Under the pieces are notes generated by a model. The model had not been told where the DNA came from and made no database searches. It worked only from the letters and a program-made list of their open reading frames with translations. A stretch of 64,000 nt of DNA from Octopus sinensis (Eukaryota): assembly GCF_006345805.1 (NCBI RefSeq), contig NC_043000.1, forward strand, positions 54,126,001 through 54,190,000, written 5' to 3'. Position 1 is the stretch's first letter. Every line of letters begins with the position of its first letter. Shown piece by piece: positions 28,751-42,590 of the stretch. The position numbers were made by a program, and so were the translations under genes.

Positions 28751-29571
28751 ATATATATAATATATATATATATATACACTTCTACATATAGATAGATAGA
28801 TAGATACATACATACATACATACATACATACATACATACATACATACATACACATAGGTGTTGACAAAAGACGTGTGACGACAAAAGAGTTAGATCACTT
28901 GATATCGTTGAAAATAGAGGATTGAATTTATCAAATGCCACAAGAAGGGAAAATGTACATTCAGGACTGTGAGCTTCTATGTACCACTTCAGCTTAAATC
29001 CTGCTTACAGTATGCTTAACACGTGACTGACTACCTTCAGTGTGAGAATACAATGTATTTGGCTTTTACTAAAGGTGCTCGCTCTGAAGTTCTGTATACT
29101 ACAAATATTCATTAAAGCATAAATAATCTGATGAAATTCAACATTTATTGTATTCTTGCAAAAGATGCACAGAACCCTGAATATCTTTCATAACTGTATC
29201 AATTAATAATCAAATATACTGGCATCCCATAATTTCTGCCCGATTTTCCCTTTTTTAAAAGTGAATGAAATTTAATAGTATTTTAGAATGTCTAATGGAA
29301 GTTAAAATTATTTTTAGGCATTTGTGTACGTTTAACTAATTAAATATTATTTTACAGAATAACAGAATTAAAATGTCTTTGATTAAAACCCTTTCTAACA
29401 TGGAAGTACCCAAAGAGCATTTGAGGTACATAATGCTTTATCAGTTCAAAATTCGGACAGAACTTATGGGATGACTTGATAGATGAGTAAATAAATATGA
29501 GTGGGTGTTTGTATATGTGTAGATGTGTTTGCGTGAGTGTGTCAGTGTCTGTGTCTGTGCATTTGCAAATA

Positions 29572-29710
29572 GTCGAAGAAATCAACTCCCGGACTTATTC
29601 TTTGTAAGCCTGGTACTTATTCTATCCATTACTTTTGCCGAAGCGCTATCTTACGGGGACGTAAACACACCAGGTTTGGTTTCAGGCAATTGTGGAGGGA
29701 CAAACAGTGG
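29572..29710 (-). mobile_element. SINE family A, 3' part
   Basis: ggacttattctttgtaagcctggtacttattctatc...ttacggggacgtaaacacacc is the reverse complement of the family tail. Confidence 0.8.
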
Positions 29711-29737
29711 CATAAATATATACATACATATACATAC

Positions 29738-29768
<31 letters not shown>

Positions 29769-29795
29769 CATATATAGATATATATATATATATAT

Positions 29796-30090
29796 AATGG
29801 CCTAGTGGTTAGGACAGCGGACTCGCGGTCGTATGATCGCGGTTTCGATTCCCAGACCGGGCGTTGTGAGTGTTTATTGAGCGAAAACCTCTAAAGCCTC
29901 ACGAGGCTCCGGCAGGGAGGGTGGCAATCCCTGCTGTCACCACAACTTTCTCTCAGTCTTTCTTCTGTTGGCCTGCTCGCTTAGCCAGCGGGGTGGCGTC
30001 ATCTGAAGGCTAAAACAATGCGAAGCGCATTGTGACCAGCGATGTGTTACAACATCTGATAGCCTGGTCGGTCACGGTGATCATGGTGAT
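29796..30090 (+). mobile_element. tRNA-derived SINE, family B
   Basis: aatggcctagtggttaggacagcggactcgcggtcgtatgatcgcggtttcgattcc head; same body and tail as 17989-18294. Confidence 0.9.
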
Positions 30091-30101
30091 ATATATATAT
30101 G

Positions 30102-30267
30102 TACGAGAGGCTTCTTTCAGATTCCGTCTACCAAATCCATTCACAAGGCCTTGGTCGGCCCGAGGCTATGGTAGAAGACCCTTGCCCAAGGTGCTTTACA
30201 ATGGAAGGGAGCCCGGAACCATGTAGTTGCAAAGCAAGTTTCTTACCACACACAGCCACACCTGCGC
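30102..30267 (-). mobile_element. SINE family A, 5' half
   Basis: Ends in ttcttaccacacagccacacctgcgcc, the reverse complement of the family head. Confidence 0.85.
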
Positions 30268-30268
30268 C

Positions 30269-30352
<84 letters not shown>

Positions 30353-30464
30353 ATATATATATTATATAATATATATAAGATGTATGTATATTTATATATA
30401 TATGTATATTATAATATATATGTATATATATATATTATAATATATATATATATATATGTATATA

Positions 30465-30531
<67 letters not shown>

Positions 30532-30557
30532 TATATAATATAATATATATGTATATA

Positions 30558-30635
<78 letters not shown>

Positions 30636-30725
30636 GTGTGTGTGTGTTCATACACACACATTCACGCAACAAGATGCTTCACAAACAAGCATATAACAAG
30701 CATATAATATATCTATATATATGTG

Positions 30726-30958
30726 CAATTGCAGCGTGGAAGGTGTTTATAAGGTGCTGCAGCACGGATTTTTGTGTCAGTGAACAGATCGCGGATTTTA
30801 GCGACGAAAATATTTGACAAATTAAACTTAATTGTTGAAGTGAATGGAACGGCTTTTGTGTGTTTCTTAAATGGCTTATAACACCTTCCACGCTGCAATT
30901 GTTTTCGTTTCAGCACACGATCTCAGATCAAATTACTTGCTATGCCAGTACATCTCCC
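30726..30958 (+). mobile_element. (TA)n-terminated pLTR/retrozyme-like element with HHR variant and a short 5' inversion
   Basis: 30726-30753 is an inverted copy of 30875-30901. The element continues past that inner copy to ctccc-(TA)n, like the element ending at 54908. Confidence 0.55.
30775..30819 (+). ncRNA. Hammerhead-like motif with swapped G3:C8 core pair
   Basis: tgtca-GTGAACA-g-(a)tcgc(ggatttta)gcga(c)-GAAA-atat-t-tgaca. Stem I 5 bp, stem II 4 bp with an a:c mismatch at its base, stem III one nt short of the palindrome aatatt plus H. Confidence 0.5.
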
Positions 30959-30961
30959 TAT

Positions 30962-31012
<51 letters not shown>

Positions 31013-31026
31013 ATATATGTTTATAA

Positions 31027-31071
<45 letters not shown>

Positions 31072-31074
31072 ATA

Positions 31075-31316
31075 ATAAATATTAGGGAATAAATCCAAAT
31101 TTACAGGGAAAAAATCAGATTTAGGATTAAATCCAATTTTATATAGTAAAATATTATAAAATATTATTAGAGACAAAACCACTATTTTGCAAAACAAACA
31201 AGGAAAGACTTAATCACTACATAAAATTTTAATAAATAGTCAAATTTGATGTATTGATTAAGTCTTTCCTTGTTTGTTTTGCAAAATAGTGGTTTTGTCT
31301 CTAATAATATTTTATA
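31075..31316. repeat. AT-rich repeat fragment with a 61-bp perfect inverted segment, (TA)n on both sides
   Basis: 31155-31215 is the reverse complement of 31256-31316. Confidence 0.9.
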
Positions 31317-31988
31317 TATATATATATAATATATATATATATATATTTATTTATATTTATATATATATTAATACCGAACGAAAATATTCATCGCTTAAAT
31401 GTGGATGTGCGTTAGAACGCACAACATAGTGAGATATTTGCCAAGAACAGCTAAATCACAGAGATGTAAACAAACCATCACTGGTTGCCAAGTGGTGGTG
31501 GTGAACAAGCATAACATACAAGCACAAACACGCATAAGTATATGTATGTATGTATGTATGCATGTATGTATGTATATATATATATACACGCACGCACATG
31601 CATATATATATATATGTGTGTATGTATATATGTATATATGTATGTATGTATATATGTATGGACGTATGCTTCTATGTTTTTCCGCGCATATATTGCATTT
31701 CTTTCACTTTCAGTCTATCAAATCCATTCACAAGTCTTTGGTCGGCCTAGAACTAGAGTAGAAAATTCTTGCACAAAATGCTCCAAAGACTAAAATTAAA
31801 GGGAAAGAACGAATGTATTTGTCTGACACCCAATATATATACAAGTTGATTGATCGCTTGAGTGATCGATCGATCGATTGATAGGTTGTCTAACATATAT
31901 ATATATGTGTGTGTGATTTTGTGTGCGTGTGTGTTTGTGTCTGTGTATGTGTATAGATAGATAAATCGATAGATAGATATATATATAC

Positions 31989-32077
<89 letters not shown>

Positions 32078-32230
32078 CATACATATATACATACATACGT
32101 AGGTTCATACATATATAGGTGCACACACATTCAGTCTGCAGTTGAAATGATTCAGAACAGCTTTTATCATCTGGCAAATTCTAGCTTGTACAATATACTA
32201 GTTAGAATGAATATAATCTAATTTCCTTGC

Positions 32231-32275
<45 letters not shown>

Positions 32276-32736
32276 CACTCATTGAAAATCCGAGATGAAT
32301 GCTCCCAATCGTGACATAATTTACATAGAATTTTACTCAACATTTCTGTTTCCTTATTAAACGTTAGCTCGATCTGAACAAGTGCGAGGTTACGAATCCA
32401 CCTTCAATTCCAGTTCCGAATGAATTGTCTGGAAATGACTTGGAATGGAATATTGAAAATGTTCTTATGAATTGTACGAACAGGTTTCTCGATAATGTAT
32501 TAAATTTAAAATCTAAAAATGAATAAGTTGCCTGCATATAATGTTGAATTTATTTAAGCTAGAAAATTAGTCGTGCTATAAATCATGGTCTTTCCAATCA
32601 TAGCGACGATGACTGTTACGTAGTTGCATTGAAATAAAAAGCTATGATGTCAGTCGATGCTTATTATATGCTTGTTTGTGAAGCATCTTGTTGCGTGAAT
32701 GTGTGTGCATTCACACACACACACACACACACACAT

Positions 32737-32781
<45 letters not shown>

Positions 32782-33140
32782 TAGGTATATATATGTGTAT
32801 GAATATATGCATATATCTGTATATTTATATATTATTTATACATGTGTGTATGTATATGTGTATATGCATACACACCGGGACGCACACATACACACCTGTG
32901 CATATGTATCTATATACATATCTAACCAGATACTTTGAATAACATTATATAATATGTATATGAGTGTGTTTTAAGTGAGTACGTAATGCCTTGCATACAG
33001 TTCTTAAAAGTGTTCATAAAAGACTTTATCAAACCGAAATATCGCAACTGGTCCATTTGCATAAATGTGGATGCACATTTGTCAATGAATATATCACCTG
33101 CTAGTTGCAATTCTTTACATCAAAGTATTTTCAACAGATC

Positions 33141-33324
33141 AAGCAGGAATGACAGTGTGGTAAATAGCTTGATTACCAACCACATGGTTCCAGGTTCAGT
33201 CCTACTGTGTGGCACCTTGGGCAAGTGTCTTCTACTATAGCCTCGGGCCGACCAAAGCCTTGTGAATGGATTTAGTAGACGGAACTGAAAGAAGCCCGTC
33301 GTATATATGTAAAATGTATATGTA

Positions 33325-33366
<42 letters not shown>

Positions 33367-33515
33367 CTGGTGTGTAACTTAGAGTTTCGGCAAAAGGGAC
33401 CGATAGAATAAGTACTAGGCTTACAAAGAATAAGCCCTGGGGTCGATTTGCTCGATTAAAGGTGGTGATCCAGCATGGCCTCATTCAAATGACTGAAACA
33501 AGTAAAAGAGTAAAA
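33141..33515 (+). mobile_element. Near full-length SINE family A
   Basis: Head, (TA)n core and gaaacaagtaaaagagtaaaag tail as at 14787. Confidence 0.9.
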
Positions 33516-34174
33516 GTGTAATATGACACATTACGCATTCACCTAAGATATAAATCCTTTAAGATAGTTCACTAGCACGACCATATGGTATGTGTCCCTG
33601 TATAGGAAATGTTTTTTGTCTGATATTTCTAGGGAAAAAGAATTTCCCTAGGGTGTTTTAATCATTAAGGAGAGAAATTCACACCGAAACGCTCTTTCTG
33701 ATAATCTGATAACATCAATTTATGGTGTGGTATATTCTTGCATGAAAGATGAGTAGAGACAAATTTGTACTCCCTGAACTAATTCTACTGCAAATAATTT
33801 TCATGTTGTTGGGGTGCAGAAATGTATTTAAAATATATTATAGCTCAATAATTTAATTCACTCTGCTTTGAGAGGAAATACGAAATGATTTCCATTGTGG
33901 TGAGAGTCATCACAGATGAGCATATGCTCGGTTGAATTTTTTTCTGTATAGTAGAAAAGTTCCTATCTGACGCAAAGTAATCGACACTACATTTATCATA
34001 CCGAAGGAGGCGAATTGACGCCGAAAGCCCGTGGAGAATAGACTGCTGAACGGCATTGGAACAGTGGAATGTTTTTCATAGCGAGTTTCTGGTGCGAAAT
34101 TTGTACTCATCTGTGCTCATATTCAGATACGTTCGTACATATATACATACATATATATGTATGTGCGTATATAT

Positions 34175-34215
<41 letters not shown>

Positions 34216-35287
34216 TGTGTGTGTGTGTGTGTGTGTGGTGTGTGTGTGTGTGTGTGTATGTGTGTGTCTGTGCGTATGTATGTATATATATATATAATAT
34301 ATATATATATATGATAAGTTTGTATGTAAGTACATGTACATATATGTATACACACACGTAAATTTTAAGAAAAATTTTCTTCAAACAAAAAAAATCGTTT
34401 TGTTGAACGATCTTTTAAAACAGAATTTTTCAAATACTTTGAAAGGATGTTTTTGTATTCTGTGTAAGTGCTTTAGCTGTTAAATTTTTAAGACCCACAT
34501 GGACTGGCTCCCCAATTGATGGAGATATAGAGATGATGTTGATATAATTTCAGCGTATCACACTTTATGTGCTCGTACATAAAAAAAAAACATCTTTTCA
34601 TCACAGTTACTTGACATTTTTGTTCTTCGCTAAATCAAAGAAAGAACACTAGTATATTTGTTGAGTTTCTTTGCATGACGTCATTCAAGGAAAGTAGACA
34701 TATAGGCAACTCATAGGTTAACTTCCGACAAATCACTTCTTCAATATACAGTACTACGGAATTTGTGAAGAGGAGGTGATATATCGACTCATACATTACT
34801 CTCGAGAGGTTCCTCAAAGCAGTAGTATACTTCAGAATACTCAACGAACTTTTAATCTATGGAATGCTAATAGCACAAGAGTGCATGAGTTTGTGAATCC
34901 CAATAGCAAACATATGCCTTTGAGAATTATCTAACTCTGTAATATTAGATTTTAATACATCCTGTTGATGTTGAATCAACACCAAGTAAAACTAAAAATA
35001 TAATGATATGTCACGCGTCTATGAGGACACAATTCGACAGAAAATGATGAAAAGTTCGTAGAACAGAATCGAATGCACGCGGCAAACTCTTCAGCAGATG
35101 AGACAAATAAAGTTATATTAAGTATAAATAAAGATATATTAAGTAAAATTCATGATTTTTTTAAAAAACATTATCTCCGCCTATAGATGATCTGTTATAA
35201 ATATCAAATGCGAATGACACTAGCCCCACTCAGAACAGAAGATAATCTTTGAAATCAATTCTTTTCAAATTTGACCGGACTTCTGAG

Positions 35288-35691
35288 GAAAAGGACGAGT
35301 CGTCTGATTATCGGACAAGAGTCGAAGTCACGTGCTTCTCTGGCTCACTTGCCATCATCAGTAAGACAATTACCCAGCTTTATCGCCAGCAGCCCAAACT
35401 TTCTGTATGTGTGTGTGTGCGTGTGTGTGTGCGTGTGTGTGTGCGTATTTAAATGAAATCAACGCTCTTAAGCTACAGTTATGTAGTTTGTTTTGCCTCT
35501 TTACTTACTCAGGGCACAGTCTTGGTCGTTAGACGTTGACTATCTTCGTACGAGGGATGGTACAAGCCCGTTTTAGTTGTTTATAGATCGATATTATATG
35601 GTGTGGCTTTCTATCAATATAAGAAATGATTATCAATTTTATGCAAGTGATTCCTATTTCACCATGATACAATTTATATGGTATAGTCCTT
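35288..35691 (+). CDS. Candidate exon pair 35288-35360 and 35587-35691
   Basis: EKDESSDYRTRVEVTCFSGSLAII(a)|gtaaga ... tttagttgtttatag|(at)RYYMVWLSINIRNDYQFYASDSYFTMIQFIWYSP(t)|gtaagt. Phases are compatible and both donors are strong; the first acceptor is weak. No family recognised. Confidence 0.25.
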
Positions 35692-35777
35692 GTAAGTACT
35701 CGTGAAATCTTACTGAATATATAATGATGAACAAATGTAAAAGTTTGTAAATTATAATGAAGATTTGCGGCTGTGTG

Positions 35778-35825
<48 letters not shown>

Positions 35826-36775
35826 CATATATGTATGCATATATATACACATATATGTATCTATATACACATACAAGTATGAATATGCATATATATATGT
35901 GTATGTATTTGTGTGTAAGTATGTATAATATAAGTACATACGCATATGTGTGTTCGCGTATGTGTGAGTGTGTGCGTTTGTGTGTGTGTTTGTGTGTATG
36001 TGTGTGTTTGTGTGTGTGTGTGTGCGCGTGTATGATTCATATATAGTGGTTTAAACATTCGTCGATAATATTTTGTTTTACATTCCGTTGATTCATCTAA
36101 ATTGACTATTCAGCTGTAGTGTTTTCATTTACTTGGGTTACATTATTGTTATAATTATTAAATTAGGAACTGGCGTAAAGTTAAAATTGAATTTACGTCT
36201 AGCATAACACATTACTAACAGGACTGCTATTAAAGCAAAATTGAATTTGAAAGTAGAAGCACACATTTGTGTTTAAAACACGCATTCTATGGCAATATGG
36301 AGATTCTCTAGCACCAATACCATTATATTTGTTATTTGATATAATATAATGTTTTACTAGGGATTACAATCTCGGATATACCATCTCTCAGAATCTATAA
36401 TTAATCTTTTGTTATTTAGTCAAAAGCTAAGTAGACCACCAAATCAAACATCGATCTAATACGCCTAAACATACATAAATATCTTTCGATTTAAAACCCT
36501 GAGACTGAGCATTCAATATTGGTATCATGTTTGACTTCGTTGCTAATTACGCTTTCTCCCCATATGCGATCATTCAAGGAACAGTTTTGGATGTGGACGC
36601 ATACATTAACATATTAGTATGACATTTAGATAAATCACATAATGATATTTTTTGTTGTTAACAAGCTGTTCATTGAGTCTTGCGAAGAATATATATTATA
36701 TTATAGACTGATAAATAAATAGAAAGATAGATTGCTAGATATTATATTTATACATTTACATATCCATAAAAATAT

Positions 36776-37167
36776 GGATGGGAATGGAAGCACTCCGTCG
36801 GTTACGACGACGAGGGTTCCGGTTGATCCAATCAACGGAACAGCCTGCTCGTGAAATTAACGTGTAAGTGGCTGAGCACTCCACAGACACGTGCACCCTT
36901 AACGTGGTTCTCGGGGATATTAAGCGTGACACAGAGAGTGACAAGGCCGGCCCCTTGAAATACAGGTACAACAGAAACAGGAAGTAAGAGTGAGAGAAAG
37001 TTGTGGTGGAAGAGTACAACAGGGATCACCACCATCCCTGCCGGAGCCTCGTGGAGCTTTAGGTGTTTTCGCTCAATAAACACTCACAACGCCCGGTCTG
37101 GGAATCGAAACCGCGATCCTACGACCGCGAGTCCGCTGCCTTAACCACTGGGCCATTGCGCCTCCAC
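36776..37167 (-). mobile_element. SINE with family-B head and an alternative 3' tail, 12-bp TSD
   Basis: Head tggaggcgcaatggcccagtggttaaggcagcgg; ccataaaaatat at 36764-36775 and 37168-37179. Confidence 0.92.
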
Positions 37168-37599
37168 CCATAAAAATATACATATTTATACACACACAAA
37201 CACGTATATATATTATATATTTATATATGTATGTTTGTATAAGCAGGTGTTTGTGTATGCCCGTTAGTTTATTAGATTACATATATATGTAGCACATCCC
37301 AAACCCAATATTTCCAACATGCAAAATCAGCTTAGGAAGTATGTATGGTTAAATCAATCCAGGCATATGTGGTTCGCAGAAAGTAGAAAATGTTACTACA
37401 TGTATACATTTAACCCGATGTTCTACAGCATCTGTCACGAAAAAGATGCGACAAACAAACATAGAGTTAATGCTACAATTCAAAAATATATACAATTAAA
37501 AAATACGTGCTACAATCTTCATTGGAAGTTATGACTAAAATAGCTAATAGAAACCTGGGAAATAGGCAAAGATTTTAGTATATTTTATTACAAGTACCA

Positions 37600-37880
37600 A
37601 TACTGCCAACTGGAGAAATACTAACCGAATTTTTCAAAAACCAAGCATCACTCAAAACAAAGATTGAATTCAGCATCATATGTATTAAATACAAAATGCT
37701 AACTCTGATATCTGAAAATATTAAGACCGATATAGAACAGGTGCACAGAATATACTATTTATGTATAAATTAATGACAAGTTTACAGGTGCAAACAAAAG
37801 AGAGACTAGTAAAATATACCTCCATTAGAAGCAGACGACTCTGGGTATGTGGTGTGTAAAAAAGAACTTAAATTTGGTTA
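37600..37880 (+). mobile_element. Heavily decayed CR1/L2-like LINE relic
   Basis: Frames read ...KTDIEQVHR...KERLVK...SRRL, resembling the LEKVQRR...EERL...RRLRGD region after RT. Confidence 0.3.
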
Positions 37881-40800
37881 GGGTGACTTCAAAAACAGCG
37901 CGCAAATAGCAAAAAATGGAAATTCTGTTATATACGGTGCATAGATTCAGTAGGGAAATTGGCATGAAATTCGGTCTAGCAAAATAGACCGAATATATTG
38001 CTACACTTTAGATTGCTTCAATAGAGATAAACTAATAAAAGGAAGCAGAAATATATTAGACAATGAAATAGATATAAAAGAAATTGACCAGCGATAGAAT
38101 TGCAAATACTTAACAATCAACGAGATTAAACACTCAGAAATGTAACCAAATTTAGAAAGAAATATTAAAGAAACTTTGGAGTAATACTTAAAATTGAATT
38201 AAATTCCGAAAATGAGAAATTAGATATCAACCTCTAGAGAAATTACAAATATAATATAAATGAATTGCCAAGACTAAATAGGTAAAAGGAAACAATGGCA
38301 CCATTTAGAATACGCTACCACACACGCATACGTTGACACGAAAATCGTATCTTCGCCAGGAACCTAACTAGTTAGAATTGTCGTGTAGTAACTTAAAAAA
38401 TTGTTATATCACATCATTAAATTTTGGTGATACTGAGAAATATACAATTAAGTGTAAAATCTGAAGAAAAAGGGTTTTCCTATTCAGAGGGAAACAAATA
38501 TTTTAAGGCGTGTGAAAGAACTGGTTAATGGAATAGTGGGAAAAGAGAATACATATAAAACCAGGGTAATGAAATTGAAAACTCCATTACAAAATGTTAC
38601 TAAGTCATTTACAAATTAAACCATTCCATGAGCACTACCTAACAAGACTTGCTATATTAGAATGGAATAAGGACATTTTCTATCATTTCCTGAAAGTACA
38701 GGACTGAAACATGAGGGAAAACGCTTGTGATGCCGCTTGAAACAACCAAATATACTTCATGAGAACATGTGTAAAATTTAAGTACATATCAAAGGGAACT
38801 TAGAGAGAAATTTTCGATCGCACAGTAGTAAAAATACCAAGTATAAATACAAAGTACAAGCCGGGATGCTGCATATCCTGGAAAATATACTACCGTTATA
38901 AAACATCCAGAGAAAGTTCTACTAAAGATGTCAAAGTATAACAAATCCACCATATACTGTACTTCGGCAACAATAGCTCAGATCATCTTTCGTATGCTGA
39001 GCTTGAAATTCTGTTATCAGAAGCTATCCAGCATCTGATAACAGAACAGAGATTCAATTCACGAACTAGTCTCTATGTACGGTTGGTTACCCCTATTCCA
39101 AGTTTTAATAATAATTATTAAAATAATGATTTCTAACATACGCTTGAGGTCATAAATTTGAAAGACTGTAGCAGACCATTACATCAATCATAGTACACGT
39201 TTTTGTTTTAATTATCGACCCCAGTACAAGTCAACTCCTTTACTCTCTCAACTTCAGAAGTATTTTAATCTCATAATGTAAAGAATGTTAAACTAATTCT
39301 GTCCAATGAATTCTGTCCGATGAATTCATACCAAGGCATACGACAATGGTTGTAAAAATAAACAGACAACTAAAATACAACTCGTTATACACTACTTCTT
39401 TCATAAATTCCCGAAGGACATTAAGAGAATTCCAATATATATAGTATTATTCTAATATAAATATATAGATTTCTCACTGAGACACAATTACTAACATTTA
39501 CAGAAATGAGCCAACAAAGGGGCTTCTATGGTATCGTTTGACCTGATTGTAATAACAATTAAAACTGTTTCAAATCGCACCATAACGTCTAAAACACATC
39601 AAACAATGTAGTCCTATATAACACAGCATCTAAACACTACGTATGATAATGAGAGCTGAAATAGGTTTTATTTATTTATCTATTTATTTATTTTGGCTCA
39701 TAGATGTATTTCACTACAGTTGACTTAGTGAAATAAACATCAATCTGATTCATGATTTATATCTAATAGAAATCTTAATGTTTTGATGATCGTTGATCAG
39801 ATGTATGAAAACATTTAGGTGCATTAATCTGTACTTCGAAATTAATCTTCGGACGTATTGTTTGAGGAACAGGATACTAACGTTTTGTTGTTTTCCTGAT
39901 TCCTATATAAAATATTGAGAAAAATAAATGGTTAAAGTAAACATATTTTATTACTTATTTGTAATATTTCTGAAATGATCGCTATATAATTGACAAAGAT
40001 TTTGACATGAAGTGTAGCTGATGTTCTTGTTTAAGCGTATGTCATTACTGTTCCAGCAAATTTATGATGAAAGGTATTCATGCAGTACTAGCCAATTTTT
40101 TTGCACACACATTGCATGCTTTTTAAAGTGTCTCTGGTATTTTAGAATTTCGAGGTACATTCATTAGTATTATTCATTAGTCTTCTCGTCTAGAGGTTCT
40201 TGCTGCCTTTATTTACTCCACGTTCAACCCTACTCAAGCAGATATATAGAGTCAAAGGTTTCTTAACCTTGGCCAATCCGTCTTCTACTCGAATTCAATG
40301 TATTAGGAAATATTACTCTATTAAAAGGACTCCAGTACATGATTTGATGAACATTCGGCTGTTTTTTCTAGGAATTTAATCAACAGCTCAGAGGCATTCT
40401 CGCTGACTTAGTCTTGAAGGAGAACGTTTAGGGGAAAGAGGAAAAAAACGTAAGATGAACTATGGAAATGAGTACAAATTAGCTGCCATAAAAACTTGCG
40501 TACACGTTAAATTGAAATGCCATATTTTCATCTCATATTGGACACTGATATAATTGATCTGTCAGAAAAACTCTCAAGAGCAAATGAAATACCCTTAATA
40601 ATAAGCAATGTCTGTCTCTTAAAATCCCTAATCTAAATATATTATTATATACTCTGATTCTCATCACGTGTATTTCGCTAATATCATGTTTCAAAACGAA
40701 ACCTGGCTATGATACGTAATCTACATAATAATGTTTACAACCTAATTATATGCCAAAACAAATACCCTTTTTTAATAACATGAATATTATTTTCCTCAAT

Positions 40801-41484
40801 CGAAAATAAAGTAAATATTTTCACATTGGTAATTTGACAACCTCACAGCAACATATGACACTTATTTTCCCGTATACAATTACACACAGAACACAATTAC
40901 ACATACATGTATACAGAGAAACCAACATGACAAACAAATCTGACAGTAGATTATGGGATATTTAATGTGCATTAAACACAAAGCTACACTTACCTTTAGC
41001 AATAATAACGATGTTAATTTTGCACAGATCACGTGGTTCCCAACATCATTACTGTTGTAAGTCAAATAATCTATCATCTAACAAGTATTAAAACTTGATA
41101 TCTAACATAAATAATACAATTTACTCCTGGTTTACGCGTTTATTCTGAAGCATAATCAACATCATCTGCTTTCGAATGCAACAGAAATTTGAGGAGAATA
41201 AGTTAACAATGTTAGTTCATTTAGTAGAGCTATTGTCAAGTACAGTAAACTACCTTTACTTCCAATATGAACGTTAATCCTTTGAAATATTTGAAATGAT
41301 AATGGTTGGTCCGAAATCGGTGAGCTCAACTAGAGTTGCCTTCCTAATCTTGAGACAAACTATAGTATGCTTTTGTAGTTGGATTACGTGCTTGTAAAAC
41401 AGGTTTAAAGGGCGGGACAATCAGAACATATTTCTTTCTTGCCTTGAAGAAGCTAAACTAGTTTTCACAAATAGGTCTAAGATA

Positions 41485-42010
41485 CAGGGTGTTTGTGCTA
41501 AATGACAGTTTGCACAAGAACGAGAGAAAACAGTATCCAATCAAAAAATAAAGGCATTTTAAAAAATCAAAACATATTAACTACACTACGGCTGGGAAAT
41601 AATAGGTTACTCAAATAAGCTGCCCTCAGCTTCCAACACGGCCTCAGAACACTTCCAGAATCTGGTGTAAGCATATCTTATTAACTCAATTAGGCGTTCT
41701 TTGAATGCCTCCTTGATCGGTTTTAGTGTTAAAAGCAGAGTAGTTGGTGTCTTTTTTAACTGCATTCCACATAAAATTATCGATAGGATTAAAATTGGGG
41801 GTAAATAGGAGGCCAGAAATTGGGCTGATGATGTCGTAGAAATTCTCTGACAACCCCTTATAACACTGACAAGGAGAGGCGTCCTATTGCCATACATATA
41901 GTATTCCAGCAGTAACCCTCTTCTGCTAGGTTTTGACCGAATTTTCCACCAGCTTTACATAGCCGTCTGACTTGATGAGCCTAAGGCCCTATTCAAAGGG
42001 GTTGTGAATA
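41485..42010 (-). mobile_element. maT/DD37D-like Tc1/mariner relic (transposase C-terminus plus one TIR)
   Basis: Minus frames: GLRL..SDGYVKL..., RVTAGILYVWQ*DASPC, LSENFYD, FWPP..., MWNAVKKDTN, SEAVLEAEGSLFE*. TA|cagggtg TIR at 41485. Spacing cannot be counted because of deletions. Confidence 0.75.
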
Positions 42011-42150
42011 ATTCTGGTCTACACACGCAGTCAGAACGTCTGCTCTGTCCCTTTCTGTTGGTCCCGGCTTCGTCGAGGCGGCCTCTTTATATCCAGCACC
42101 AATCATCATGATGCAGGTAACTCTTTTTCCCAAACACAGAAGGCGTCGAT

Positions 42151-42590
42151 GAAATTTGAACTCAGAACGTAAACAGAGGAAATACCTATTTGTTTACTAC
42201 CCACAAGGGGCTAAACACAGCGGGGACAAACAAGGACAGACAAACGGATCAAGTCAATTATATCGACCCCAGGGCGTAACTGCTACTTAATTTATCGACC
42301 CAGAAATGATGAAAGGCAAAGTCGGCCTCGGCAGAATTTGAACTCAGAACGTAAACAGAGGAAATACCTATTTATTTACTACCCACAAGGGGCTAAACAC
42401 AGAGGGGACAAACAAGGACAGACAAACGGATCAAGTCGATTATATCGACCCCAGTGCGTAACTGATACTTATTTAATCGACTCCGAAAATATGGAAGGCA
42501 AAGTCGACCACGGCGGAATTTGAACTCAGAACGTAGCGGCAGACGAAATACCGCTAAGCATTTCGTTCGGCGTGCTAGCTTGCTGCCTTA
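42151..42590 (-). mobile_element. tRNA-headed SINE followed by 182-bp head-to-tail units
   Basis: (g/a)aatttgaactcagaacgta at about 42152, 42334 and 42516. Minus-strand B box gagttcaaattc; core atcgaccccag...ttatcgaccc..gatgaaaggcaaagtcg. Confidence 0.85.

Noticed and set aside
30726-30901. Apparent MITE with 27-bp TIRs
   Set aside because: No TSD, and the sequence continues beyond the right 'TIR' to a (TA)n-anchored end; better explained as an internal inversion.
35575-35691. DRY motif suggesting a GPCR TM3-TM4 exon
   Set aside because: The motif depends on acceptor choice, the TM4 segment is not hydrophobic enough, and no other TM exons were found.
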